Origin: Azolla caroliniana
Taxonomy: Eukaryota; Plantae; Polypodiophyta
Reading direction: 5' to 3'
Assembly (NCBI GenBank): GCA_043228905.1
Contig: JBHGNT010000018.1
Location: 10,044,001 to 10,108,000 of the forward strand
Length of the DNA: 64,000 bases
This document shows positions 50,800 to 63,600 of this stretch, in pieces (the first letter of the stretch is position 1; every line of letters begins with the position of its first letter). The notes under the pieces are model-generated. The model had not been told where the DNA came from. It searched no databases and saw nothing but the letters and a program-made list of their open reading frames with translations. The position numbers and the translations under genes are program-made.

Positions 50800-53700
50800 T
50801 GTTAATCCTGGGCCAGACAGGGTGTCCTTTCGGATCACTTCACCAAAGGGTGGTTACGGGGTTTATGCTTTCGACAAAATTATAATTATATCCGACTATT
50901 TTTGGGTCGGTTCCAGATTAACAACATACACGGATTGATGCCATACGTAAGATAAAACCATAAGCACAGAACAGAAGGTAGACAATACTCTCAAAGACAA
51001 TTCTACTTCTATTCATTTCTCCCCCCTTTAAATACATCGTTCTTCGGATCCTTTTATAGGCATCCAGTTTTGATTACAAAACAGTGCCATACCGGCAACT
51101 AGCTACGGATCGGTCCGGATCCGGATCGTTGTAACTCTTCCGGATCTATCCGTTCCTATTTAGATAGCTAATTAATAACTAATGATTTTTGCTTCCGACT
51201 CCTCGCCCACTTGTCTTTCATACTCCGGGCTCCGGCCAACACATGGCATGCCCGTGGGACAGAACATTGTACATTGAACCCATAGGTTAGACCCTTCAAT
51301 CCTCGACGAGTATGTCGAATATGCTTTGGTCTAGGATTTTGAGTGGGTCCTCATTCTACTACTGTTCTCCAGCTTCTTTTGGTTAAGGTATCTCCGTTCT
51401 TGCGTTGGTTTCAACATCTATGCCCTTTCAGCTTCTTGCCTGCTACTCCGACCCGACTGCTTTGTCCTGGTTCGCACCGGCTTCCGTTGGATGTTCCCCA
51501 CCGGCTTCATGTGGCAACTCCTCCTCCTGCGGTTGTGGTTCCGCAGTCTGCTCCTCATCACTGATATTTATTGTCGTTGTTTGTTTTTCCGCTTCAAGTA
51601 GTCGTCGCTCCCATTCATATCGCTCGAGCTATAGTTGTGTTTCGAGTTGATCATCCTCAAGCCTTTCAATCATCCTCCAGACAACTTCAAGGTGGGATTC
51701 GGCCAAGGCGAAGAAGTCCTTCGACAATTCCTCACAGATCGTGACTATACTTTCTTCGTCCATCTTGTAGAAATTGTTCCTGTTTTTTTTTCTGTTAATA
51801 TTTCCTTTTGTCGCTCTGCGTCTTTTTCTGGGGTTGTACTCACGAGTCACCACCAATTGTGCCTCCGTTTCCGGAGCTCCCTTTTGTAGAATAGCCGGTG
51901 CCACCGGCTCCGTTATTACGCTTGTAGTTTGGCCCATGTTAGCCATGATGGCCGTGCATTCTTTGGCCCTTTTTAATTCTTCTTTCAGGCACCGGATCTG
52001 TGCCCACGCCTTCCTTAATTCTTCGGTTGTGGCTAGCAACCGCTCCGCTTGACTACTGACTTGCCATTGTACTTCCTCCATTCTGTCGGCAACACCGGAT
52101 ACCTGCTCTCTTAGCCATTTCAACCATTTTCGGCAGGTTCCGTGTTTTGTTTGAACAACAAACGACTACACTTGCTCCGGTCTTGGTTCGTGCTCCTTTT
52201 TGAACCATTGGGTCAACAACTCTAGTGTCCACTCCGGACAACATTCCTCGTGTTGTTGTTCTTGAAGGCCTAGTGAGTTCCAAGCGAACACGTTGTCGCA
52301 ATATTTCGTGAGTACGTGTAGGATCCAAGGCGGGACTGCGGGGGTCTTGGACTAGGGAGTAGAGGGTATCGGGAGACTGACTCCCTCCGTGATCGGCCGC
52401 ACCAGAGTAGCACAAAACCGGAACGTTACCGGTTTGGGTATTGGAGGCTACTGAACAGAAAGAGGGCGAGATGGATAGAGAGAGAGAGAGAGAGAGCACG
52501 CACGCACGCAACACCGTCCTAACTCACACCCTTATGTACAGAAATGAAAGAAAGAGAACACTAAAGACACCCACACAGACACCGAAATGCAGATCCTTCC
52601 ACATGTAAATTTACAAAAACAAGATACAATACCGGCTTTGAGCCGGACCTAGGAAGCTCAGGATAGAACAGTTGTCTACTACCAAGCCGCCGGTCAGGGA
52701 GCTCTCGGGCTCGTCGCGTCGAGCGGGGTCTTGCTCAGGAGACAAGGCTGAAACAAAACCGCTAGATGCCAGGACTTGCTCACACAAAATGACGAGGAAG
52801 AAGCAGAACTAGATGAAACCCTAGGCAAGAGAAAATCAAGAGGAAATAAGAGAAAGAAACTAACTTACTTCGAACCTAACGGTATACCCTCCTAGCTCAA
52901 AATGGGCAACCCTCCTCAAGGGACCCTCTCTTCCTTTTATAGCACAAGGAGGGGGTGCGTAACAATGTGGGATAAATCCCGTATTACATGGGATTCTCTG
53001 TCCCAACTTAACTCCTACTCGACTCCATAAAGGTGACCCTATTATTCACACGTTTTTACAAGGGTAAGTGCACATGATGCACTCCGCTGATTCTTCCGAT
53101 ATTCCCCGGTTTCTTACCATGGCTCGGAATCTTCATGACAACGTCTCGAAAACCTTTAAGGAGTTCAATTGTTGCTTCCTTCTCCTCCAGGAGCATTTCC
53201 TTTGCCACGTACACTGCTTTTGGTGCGTGCCCAGTCCCAAGGTCCACCTCTTCTAGCTGAGATGCCTTCACTCGTTGAGATACCGCCATTTCTCGTTCCC
53301 GCGATTCCTGTGCTTGTCGCAGTTCGTGGATCGCCTCCCAATCCAACTCCGGCGATATCTACTTCAAATAATAGAACTAGCTTTAGGTATTCATCTAGGT
53401 ATCGGTCGACTTCGTCATCGGTTATTCCGTCCAACATGTTTATGCTCTTTGCATATAGCAGTGTTAGCTCCTTACTGGTACCTGCACGTGGTTGGGTTGG
53501 GATCCGTACCTTCATCTTTCCTCTGCGGAAGGTAATGACATTCTTCTGCCAATTTTGCTTTATATGCGCTGTCCTTAGCCATGGTCTCGCTAACAATAGG
53601 GGATAACGCTCCCTATGTGTTGAGTTGCAGGACTACCGCGGATATCTGGAAAGCATGCCTACCAACTATAATCTCCAAGTTCCGGATGAGTCCGGTTGGC

Positions 53701-56592
53701 CAAACCGAATTGGTATCCACCATACGCAGCCAGAACGGGCACGGTTTCCATTATATGATACCAAGGTTGTCGTAGGTTCATTGGCTGAACACGTTTACCC
53801 CGGAACCTCCGTCCACAATTGTTCCAGTTATTTCTTTTCCTTTATTGATAGCTGTTATTGCCGGACCGTTGTTGTCCACTATTGCCAATCCTTCCTCTGG
53901 GTTGGAGAAGAAGGCTGGTGTCGGCTCCGAGTTTTGTGGCGCTATCACCGATTTGAGTCCTTCCATAAATCAAGGGACTAATCGTAATAAGCAACCTAGT
54001 GGCAGCATGATGTGACATTCTTGTAATGCCTGCCAGGTCAAGTAATCGTCTGTGGTCTCTATTCGTGCTTCCGGAGGTTTGAGCTGTCATCATTGCTTGA
54101 CCGAGTTCCGTTCATTGACTTTTTGTATCCATTCTGTAGCCTGCTTTCGGATGACCTCTTGAGTGTCCCAGTCGGTAGTTTTCCCTTTAGCTCTTGTGGT
54201 GACTTGTTGAACATCGGTCACCTCTGCGGTTACCATATTCACCACTGATTGCTTTTCGTTGGTCTTGCCCAGGCCCGGGCACTAACTACTATAATGTCCT
54301 TCCTTCCGGCAATAGTAGCAGAAAATCCTCCAGTTATTACTTGATTCTCCTTTCTCCATCGTTCCCGACTTACTACTGGAATTCATCCATTTGGTTTCCT
54401 CCAGCCTCCATTGCTTCGGTTGCGGAACTGGGACAGTCATTTCTGTATTCGTCTCCCTTTGGTATTCTCTGGACAGTTCCCAACATTCTTCTCGGCGATT
54501 CTTTCCCTTACGGTTGTGGCAGTGGTAGTTCCAATTCCCTTGGCGTTCCGGGTACTGTCTATCCTGATCTAGGTACTCCCGTCGTTCTGGGCATCTTTTG
54601 TCATCTCTTCTACAATTATAATCCGGGGAGTAGTCGCAACAGTAACACTCTCAATTGCAGTCTCCTCCTTGTCGGTAGTTGCAGTCATTATCGTAGTCCT
54701 CTCTTCTTTTGACGTCGTACTGGTCCCTTTGTTCCGGTCGATATCGTTTTTCCCTTCGGAACCATCCCTCTTCTGGTTGCTATTCGCTCTGGGGCTCCAT
54801 GTGTCGAACCGGTGCCCCTTGTCGACAGTATGGGACCGGGAGTGGCCCAGCATGCACTATGTCTGCATCCTGCATTCTAACGTCGAGTGACCGGGGTTCA
54901 GGCACGTTGTACATTGGACTGCTTGTCAAAATTGTAAGTCTTCTTCTTTGGGTAGCACTCGCTGTAGAGCACCCATCGCCATGTGATTGCTATTCTGGGC
55001 CCTATCCATTTCTAGCACGCGGTCGATGACTTCATCCATGGTGCTTGTCCGAAAGTCGAATATTGTCAGCATCATTCGTAGCGCCCGGAGTGCGGCTAGA
55101 AGAACCTCTTTTGCCTCGTCTTCTGGAGGTGCCCTTGTCAGTTCGATGTGCAGTGTCTGGAAACGGATCACGAATTGTGAGTCTGTCTCATTGGATTCCT
55201 GGTGGACCGTATAGAACTGGCTGACTAGATCTCTTTGCTCCACCTTTTGGTGGAACAACCGCAGGAATTTATCCTGCAAAGCTTTGAATGTGGCGAAGCT
55301 CCTGGGAAGGTACTTTCTGTGCCACTTTGTTGCTGGTTCCTCCAATGTCATCCTGAATTCCACTATCTTGGATCATTCGACCTCTACTTTTATCAACCGG
55401 TGCGAGACATGGTTCGCTTCCCATGTCTGTAGAAAAGCATAGACGTGTGCTTCTACATCCGGTTCATCCCGGTACTTCGGGTATCGGTATGGCATGGTGT
55501 CGTCGGCGAAGGGTAGTACTGGGGGTGGTGTCAGTGTCTGATCCTCTTCTTTTTCCGACTTCTAGTTCAGTGGTTGCGTTGGTACGCGATCGCTCATTTT
55601 CTCGGATTGTTGATCTGGTGATGGTGTTGATACGCACTCGGCCTTTTCCTCTGACTGTTGGTCTTGGCTTGTTTCGTGGTCCGGTGGTGTGGGTAATGTT
55701 GTGTCTGCTTTTGGTGTCGGTGTGTCCTCCGAACCGTCTTCCACCGGATTGGGTGTCGTGACTGCCTCGATGATTCGACTACATGCTATGCTCACTATCC
55801 TATTCTGACTCAAAGTTGGAAAAGGATTCTAATTCTCCGGCTCCTGTGGCGAGAGTGTGCAGTATCGATTCGGCCTGCCGTAAGCTACTCAAGCTACTAC
55901 CTTCATTGGTATATTGTTGGTTCTACAACCGGAGTGACTCCTTCGCAACCCGCCAAATCATTCTGGGAAAAGACCAATCCTACCGGATCTCGTCGGCCGC
56001 TTGCTAGTAGGCCTCCCGCCTCCGCAGTCTCTCGGCTAGTCTTCTCGCTCGTTCGGCAATTGGGTCGTTTGTCGGTCTAATCATCCATTCCCCGATGTTC
56101 ACTGCGCTCTACAAGAATCGCGGTCACCAAAACTGTGTTAATCCTGGACCAAACTAGCCACTAACACAAGGTGTCCTTTCGGATCACTTCACCAAAGTGT
56201 GGTTACGAGGTTTATGCTTTCGGCAAAATTATAATTATATCTGACTATTTCCAGGTCGGTTCCAGATTAACAACATACACGGATTGATGCCATACGTAAG
56301 ATAAAACCATAAGCATAGAACGGAAGGTAGACAATACTCTCAAAGACAATTCTACTTCTATTCATTTACCCCCCATTTAATACATTGTTCTTCGGATCCT
56401 TTTATAGACATCCGGTTTTGATTACAAAATGGTGCCATACCGGCAACCGGCTATGGATCAGTCCGGATCCAGATCGTTCCAATTCTTCCGGATCCGTCCG
56501 TTCCTATTTTGATTCTAGCTAATTAATAACTAATACTTTCTGCTTCCGAGTTGTCCCCCACTTGTCTTTCATACTCCGGCCTCCAGCCAACA
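50800..56592 (-). mobile_element. Ty3/Gypsy element E, close relative of A; RT-RH-INT deleted
   Basis: LTRs 50800-51241 and 56136-56592. TSD CTTTC. Gag start MIRPTNDPIAERARRLAER at 56084. PBS TGGTGACCGC (56129-56120). Jump from FRDVFAW to the extra-ORF C-terminus near 52270. Inverted tRNA-like site 51244-51281. Confidence 0.93.
52294..53140 (-). mobile_element. Solo LTR of a G-related family
   Basis: TGTCGCA...CATGACA. Shares GGGGGTCTTGGACTAGGGAGTAGAGG and CCTTTTATAGCACAA with G LTRs. 4-bp TSD ACGT; removing it restores FRDVFAW of E. Confidence 0.9.
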
Positions 56593-58165
56593 CTTTCTCT
56601 TTCTATCTTCTTCAAAACGTCTCCGTCGATGGCTCCTCTTTCTGCCTCCTTCCATTTCCTTCTCTACCTCCATCACTTCGTTTCTCTTGTGTGTCTGTCC
56701 GGCCCCCGCCATTGTTCGGCCTCCTATCAAGTTGTTGCACCAGTTACGCTTCCCCCATTGTCCAACCGTCTCCATCTTCATCGTTGTCCGCCGTTGTCCG
56801 TTTGTCTAGCCCGTCTGGTCCGACCGCCTCCGTTTTAGCACCGTTCGGCCACTCTGGAAACTCTTCGGTCACTCTCCAGCCTCTTTTCCATCTCTGTCGG
56901 TGTCGCCAAACTTCCGCTGCTATCTGGCCACTTTGGCCGCTTCTGTGCATTTCGGCTGCTCTCCGGATGTCTGTCCATTGTCTTCCGGTCGTGGGTCTGG
57001 TCCGTCATCCTAGTTGTCTATTTGTTTGTCCTACCGCTCTAGCCACTGTCCGACTATTCTGGCCGGTTTCCGGTCCTTCTGCCGTTGTCTGGCCATCGAT
57101 CTGTCTTAGTCCAGCCTATTCCGACCGTCATCCTGGCGCTTCCGTCTTTGTTCTCGTCTGTTTTTTCGGCGGCTTTGTCACTATGCATCCCTGTATTGTC
57201 TTGTCCAGGGCCTATCCATCCGGTCCACTCTGGTCGTCTCTGTGTATTTCAGTCGTCGGTCTAACCGTGTCTCATAGCCTCATTCAACCGTTGTTCCAGT
57301 CGCTTTTCGTCCGTGTCAATTTAGTCGGTTTTCGTCCCTTTGGCCCGTTCGTTCATCTTTGTCCATGCATGTGCGGTCCAGCCTGTCCGGTTGCCTGGTT
57401 TTGGTTTGGTTGTGTCTTTTATTTTTCTGGTTTGATTATGTCCTTCCGGTCCGTTTCAGTAGTGTCTTTGTGGTCGTCCATGTCTGGTGCGTCCGGTCGT
57501 GTCGTTTTTGTGGTCATCGATGTCTGGTATGCACCTGTGTCTCCTTCTCTATCTTCTTTTGCCCTTCGTGCTGGCTTTCTTTTCCTGATTCCGGTCTCGG
57601 CTATCTCTGCGTTGGTTCTTCTGGAACCATCTCCTATGCATTCCCAACACTTTCTATCGGCCTCCGCTCCACTCACTGCTTCTTCCTCCGCAGTCTCCTA
57701 GTGGGCTTCTCTTTACGATCGTGCTGGCACCGATTCCCTTTGTGTTACTTGTATCCAGAGTTTCTTTGTTGGTTCCTTCTCTGTCGTTGTTTGTCTGGTC
57801 ATGCCTCTTGCACCACGCTTTTGGAAACTACACATTGCCACTAATTGCACCCACTCATGAACATCGTTGCCATTCTCGACTCTCACATAGCATCATCATT
57901 TCTTCTACCCGCAGACAAACATCATTGCCGATCTCACACATTTCGTCGGCGATTCCATTTCGCGCTCTCTCGCACATACTTCTACCGCACAACATTTCGT
58001 GACCTTCCTCTTGCACATCGTCGTCATAATTAGTCACACATTTCCGCCTTGTATATGCATTGACTTCGTCCAAAAGGGGATTCACCGGTGGTTGTCGCCA
58101 AAATAGTGTTATATGTTTTAGGGTTAGGGTTGATGATAATCCTGAATGGTAATTGTGTGTATGAG

Positions 58166-58433
58166 GGTGGACTCGGTTAGTCCTGTCCTCCGTCGACAGA
58201 CTCTGAGTTTGTCCATCAATAGGTTCTTCGTAAGCATGTCGGATCCATTGTTATCAATATGGATCTTCACAAGGTTAAACTCTCCTTCCACTTCTCTCGT
58301 AACCAATGATACCTCCTGTATGTATGTTTGGTCCGGGAGTGGTATACAACATTCTTGGCTAGATGTATGGCGCTCTGGTTGTCACAATGAAGCAAGAACT
58401 CTCTTTGCTTCATTCCCAACTCAATGAGAAAGT
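58166..58433 (-). pseudogene. Copia RNase H C-terminal fragment
   Basis: CDNQSAIHLAKNVVYHSRTKH, DMLTK. Confidence 0.85.
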
Positions 58434-60650
58434 TGACGGGAACTAAACGCTCCCTATATGCAACGCTCGGCCACAACCGAGCTTAGAATCATACACAGAA
58501 AATGGGAAATAAAGTACGACACAAAGAGGAGAAATAGTACGCAGGATGTTTACGTGGAAAACCCAAACTAAGGGAAAAACCACGGCAGCCCACAGGCTGC
58601 AAACTATCACTATGTTAGAATGTACAACAGTGAGTTCACAGAGGCAACGACCTCGTGCTCACGATCTTCGCCACAGGCGGCAGTTACAACAGAGGCAAAG
58701 ACCTCTTTCTCTCTCTCTCTCTCTCTATACACAGTTACGCGCTCACTCTATCCTTGCACAAACAAGAATGACAACAACAACAATCATCTAATAGTTTGCC
58801 CTAAGTCATATTTATACTAATATGACTTTTCGGCTATTTACAAATGTAGCCATGATGGACTCTCAGAAACATATTTACGAATATGTCTCTTCATCCGGTT
58901 CTCACCGGGTCTGCACCATCCGGCTCTCCGTAGTCGGGTACTCCTCATCCGGATCTCACCGGGTCTGCACCATCCGGCTCTCCGTAGCCGGGTACTCCTC
59001 ATCCGGATCTCACCGGGTATGCACCATCCAGCTCTCCGTAGCCGGGTACTCCTCATCCAGTTCTGTTCTTCTCTCTTCCCATCCGGAGGGACCTGTCTCC
59101 CAACAAACTCCCCCTTCACTCCGGCATGGGGTGTCTTACCAGTCCGATTCTCTTCCGGCATGCATCCAGCTTGTCGGGTATCAACACTTTGGTCAGCATA
59201 TCTGACCCGTTCTCGGCTATGTGGATCTTCATCAGCACAAATTCCTGGTCATCTACTCTTTCCCGGATCCAGTGATACCTTCGCTGGATATGCTTCGTCC
59301 GGGAATGGTAGGCCGCATTCTTAGCAAGATGGATGGCACTTTGATTGTCGCAATAGAGTCGGTATTCATCTTGCCAGATACCGAGCTCTCCGATGAAGTC
59401 CTTCATCCATAATATTTCCTTGCCAGCTTCCACAGCTGCCATGTACTCCGCCTCCGTGGTTGACAATGCAACCGTCTTCTGCAGCCTCGACTGCCACGAA
59501 ACGGCTCCCCCTGCATATGTCATTACATACCCGGATGTAGACCGGCTGGTATCCACATTAGCCGACATGTCCGAATTGGTGAAACCGTCAAGTTGAGGTT
59601 TTCCGGAGCCGAATCGGAGACACATATTTGAAGTACCCTTCAAATAACAAAGTATCCATTTGACCGCGTTCCAGTGCTCCTTGTCGGGATTGCTCATAAA
59701 CCGGCTCACCACTCCGACTGCGTATCCTATATCCGTTCGGGTACACACCATTGCGTACATTAAGCTCCCTACGGCAGAGGCATATGGAATCTTCATCATA
59801 TCTGCCTTCTCTGCTTTCGTCTTTGGGCTTTGCTTACCGGATAACCTACAGTTTGCCGGAAGTGTCGATCCGACCGGTTTCACATCTGACATGTTGAACC
59901 GGTGAAGCACCTTTGTCACGTACTTCTCCTGTGACAGCCATAATTGCTTCGCTGACCGGTTCCGGATAATATGCATCCCCAGCATCTGTCTTGCCGGACC
60001 CAAGTCTTTCATTGAGAAGGTCCGGTTAAGAGCCTTCTTCAGCATCCGTATTTTGACTTCGTCCCGTCCGACGATCAACATGTCATCCATGTACAGAAGG
60101 AGTATCAGGAAGTCGCCTCCTTCGAACTTCTTCACAAACACACAGTGATCGGCATGCGTCTTGTGGTACCCTTGATCGGTCATGAAGGAGTCAAACTTCC
60201 GGTACCATTGCCGAGGGGCCTGCTTCAAACCGTAGAGGCTCTTCTTCAACCGGCATACCAGGTGCTCCTTCCCTTTCTCCACGAATCCCTCCGGTTGCTG
60301 CATGTAGATCTCCTCTTCGAGGTCGCCGTGAAGGAATACCGTCTTCACGTCCAGCTATTCCTTGCCGCTATACTCAGCACCGTCCGGATGGAGGTCATCT
60401 TTACTACCCGGGCAAATATCTCGTCAAAGTCCACGCCCTTTTTCTGCTGGAACCCCTTCACCACGATCCTGGCTTTGTATCTCGGGGGGTTGCCGGCATC
60501 TCCCGGTTTCAACTTGTACACCCACTTATTTCGGAGTGCCCACTTTCCTTTCGGCAACTCCCCCAATTCGTACGTAGGGTTCTCATGCAGGGAATCCATC
60601 TCATCCTGCATGGCACTTAACCATTTGCGGTTGTGGGTGTCATCCTTTAA
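58434..60650 (-). mobile_element. Copia family F (Tnt1/Tork-like): RT-RNase H, PPT and 3' LTR (58434-59105, three 54-bp repeats)
   Basis: 410-aa RT/RH ORF 59116-60348 (LYMDDML, PYASAVGSLMYAMVCTR). PPT GAAGGGGGAG at ~59108-59117. Small frameshifting deletion near 60355. Homology ends abruptly at 60650. Confidence 0.93.
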
Positions 60651-63600
60651 CACCGGGACATTTGAAACAGGTAATATGTCGCATTCTCTTTTTCACATCT
60701 TGAGGAGATGTTAAAATATGCCTTATTTTAGCAGAATTTCAAAAAGGTACCACGCATGCGTACATGGTTCCTTAAAACATAGCAAAAATTTCAACTAAAT
60801 AATTTTATGTCAAGAAAATCAATAGCCTTATATTTCATATGTCATGTTTTTTGTGAAATTCTAAATTAACGGAATGGAATTATATGCAACTTTAATCATT
60901 TGAACCGTAATTGTGGCGAAGATAAAAATAGTTGCCCACGCCAAGAATCACATAGATGCTAATTTTATAATATAATCACATATAATACGTCAAACTTTAA
61001 AACTTAATAGTGTTATAACTCTAGAAGGTAGAAGTCAAAGATAAACATTTAATACCCTTAAAATTATAGACTTAGTCAAATTATACATAAATCAAATACT
61101 AAAGATTATCCGCACACAACGTTTCTAGATGACCCATCCTTGCACTATTGATGGCCAAAATCATCTATAAAAACCCTTGCAGACTTTCCAAAGAAAGGTT
61201 GAAGAACATGTAAAACATTAATCCCATTCAAATTATACACTTTGCCAAATAAACTCAAACTTTAAGTTTTAATTGTGTTCAAATGAAACAATAGTCACAA
61301 GTCAATGTCTATCATTTAATATCGTTCAAATAATACACCTAACCATAGAAATCAATCTATAAGCAAGTCAGGCAATGTGGGCTCTTCTGGATGAATGGAC
61401 TCTTCTAAATTGTCCTCTGTAGCATTGATTGTTTGCTCCGCTGAACCATGCATATGTTCAAATTCTATTACATCTTCTAGGTCCACAAGGTCCCCTGCGT
61501 CTTCATCTATAGGTTCCATTGGCTCTCTCGAAGTCATCTGAAACCTCTCTGTTTCATTGATGTGCTTCACTCCGACTTCTTGATCTTGATCCGGACAATC
61601 CCAGATTCCTTGGATCCTCATTTTGATGTAGTTAACTTGTTCAGGGTCCTTCTCCAACGCGACACAGTTTCTGAACATTTTTAATGCACAAGCTGTAGTA
61701 GTACCTGATCGTAAAATAGAAGTGCAGAAGTCAAAATAATAATGAAAGTCTATAACTTAATCAAATTAACGAGACTAAACTTATATTACATATACCTGTG
61801 CCAGAGAACAAATCCAGAACCCAATCATCTGGGTTTGAGAAGAGCTCGATTAAGCGGTTGATCAATCTTTGAGGTTTTTGATAAGGGTTCACAAGGCTCT
61901 TTTCACCTGATACATGTCGAAGCTTCTTTGTCACAGCTGGGCACATTATATAATTTACAACGTTTCTTTCATTAACGTGTGCCCGAGCCTTCTTCTTCGT
62001 TATTACATCATAATAACCCACACTAAGATGCTCAACTGCACTAACCATACGATCGCCCGGGCTACGTGTAATATTTGTTTTAATCCTATTGAACCCAAAA
62101 CAAATGAGTTAAAATTTGAATGGAACATATATAAACCACATATCTAAGAGAATATTATCAAAAAACAACGTATAACTCACCAATGCATATGCTATGTTGC
62201 ATGACATCGTGACTTTAAAGCAGTTGTGACTGACAATGATTGACCCATGCTATGAAATATGACTATCCTCCACAATGGTGCTAAGGTCAACTCTGCGAAG
62301 TCCTTTACCATCTTCTCAATCTGGGGGTACTTGAAAGGCACATCATCGAACATGGAACCCGTGATCCGGAATCCGTACGGTATATCAGCAATAAGTAATG
62401 TATAGTGCCTTTTTGGTAATATGTCGAGCATATTCACCACATCCCCCTGGAATACACTATAATGTAATTGTTTGAAAGGGTCAGCTCTATGCAAAAAACT
62501 TTTTACTGTTGCGAAGTCCTCCGGCACTTCCAACTCCTTTCCCTTTGTCATTATTTTTTCGTATTTAGCACGTTCCAAGTGCGTAATGAACGAACCTGGA
62601 ATACCGTCATTACTATCACCAACTTTCTTTGATCGAGGTGGTTTCTGCAAAATTCATTTCCTGTAAGGAATATATCTGATAAATGATAATTGAATCTTTT
62701 CAAATTGAAAATACACATACCCATTCTCTAAATACAATGAAGAACTCTTCTAATGCCTTATATGATGATGTTATTGGGCAAGCTTGTTCGACTTCTTCCC
62801 AGGTTGGTAGGCACAATTTTTTCATCATCAATTCTTGTATCTTCATGTATACTTTATGACTAAAAATAAAATATTAAATGTGAAATCAGTTATCAAAGGA
62901 AATGCACAAGAATAAAGAAAAACATTTCAATTTTACATACTTTTGTAACTTAGTCACCATCTCGTCCAAGCTAAACTCCTTGGCTGCAACTCGAGACAAC
63001 ACAGATATTAACAATCTATCGTCTTTAATTCCTTGTAGTGACCTCCAAGGTAGCAACTTCATATCTTCGGCCAACTCCTCAATAAATAAGTCACTTTTAC
63101 GTGACTTTGTCTTCATCTCCACTTGTGGATCTACCTTGGCCTTCTTTGCCCGTTGACCTTTGACCTCCTTGCGCTCCCACATGCCAAATATTCTATCCTG
63201 GAGATCCCATACCTCACCTGTTCTAAAGGCAAGCTGAAACCATGAGTCATATTTCCGTAGCCCTTAAGATTTCGTACTCTCATCAACTGCAATACCCACT
63301 TCTAGTAAACATTGACGTCGTAAGCCAGGGTTCAACTTGGGTCCAAATCTTTGCAACGCATCCAAATACTCATGGTGAAAGAATCTGATGCGTTCGATAC
63401 AAGACATCTTTTGTCTATAATCATTATCATTGTTGTGGTCCCATGCTAACAACTTGGCCTCTTCATGAGTAAGACCTGCATATACTTTACATTCTGCGTA
63501 CTTAAAAAACGGAGTGAGCGGATATTCCTTGACGAGTTGACGTCGGGCTTCAGCTGAATGAGATCCTCCGATAACATAATAAGTATAATCATCTGAAGAG

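Larger units (their letters stand above)
49639..58165 (-). mobile_element. Non-coding LTR element D (LARD-like), interrupted by E; 5' LTR truncated
   Basis: LTR 49639-~50143, with its first ~58 bp repeated at 58107-58165. PBS TGGCGACAACC (minus, from 58100). Inverted tRNA-like site 50149-50189. Internal region pyrimidine-skewed with no gag/pol motif recognised. Confidence 0.75.

Noticed and set aside
56562-57701. 379-aa ORF, and the hydrophobic ORF at 50326-50805, as membrane or env proteins
   Set aside because: Artefacts of C/T-rich low-complexity sequence in element D that lacks stop codons; no domain motifs.
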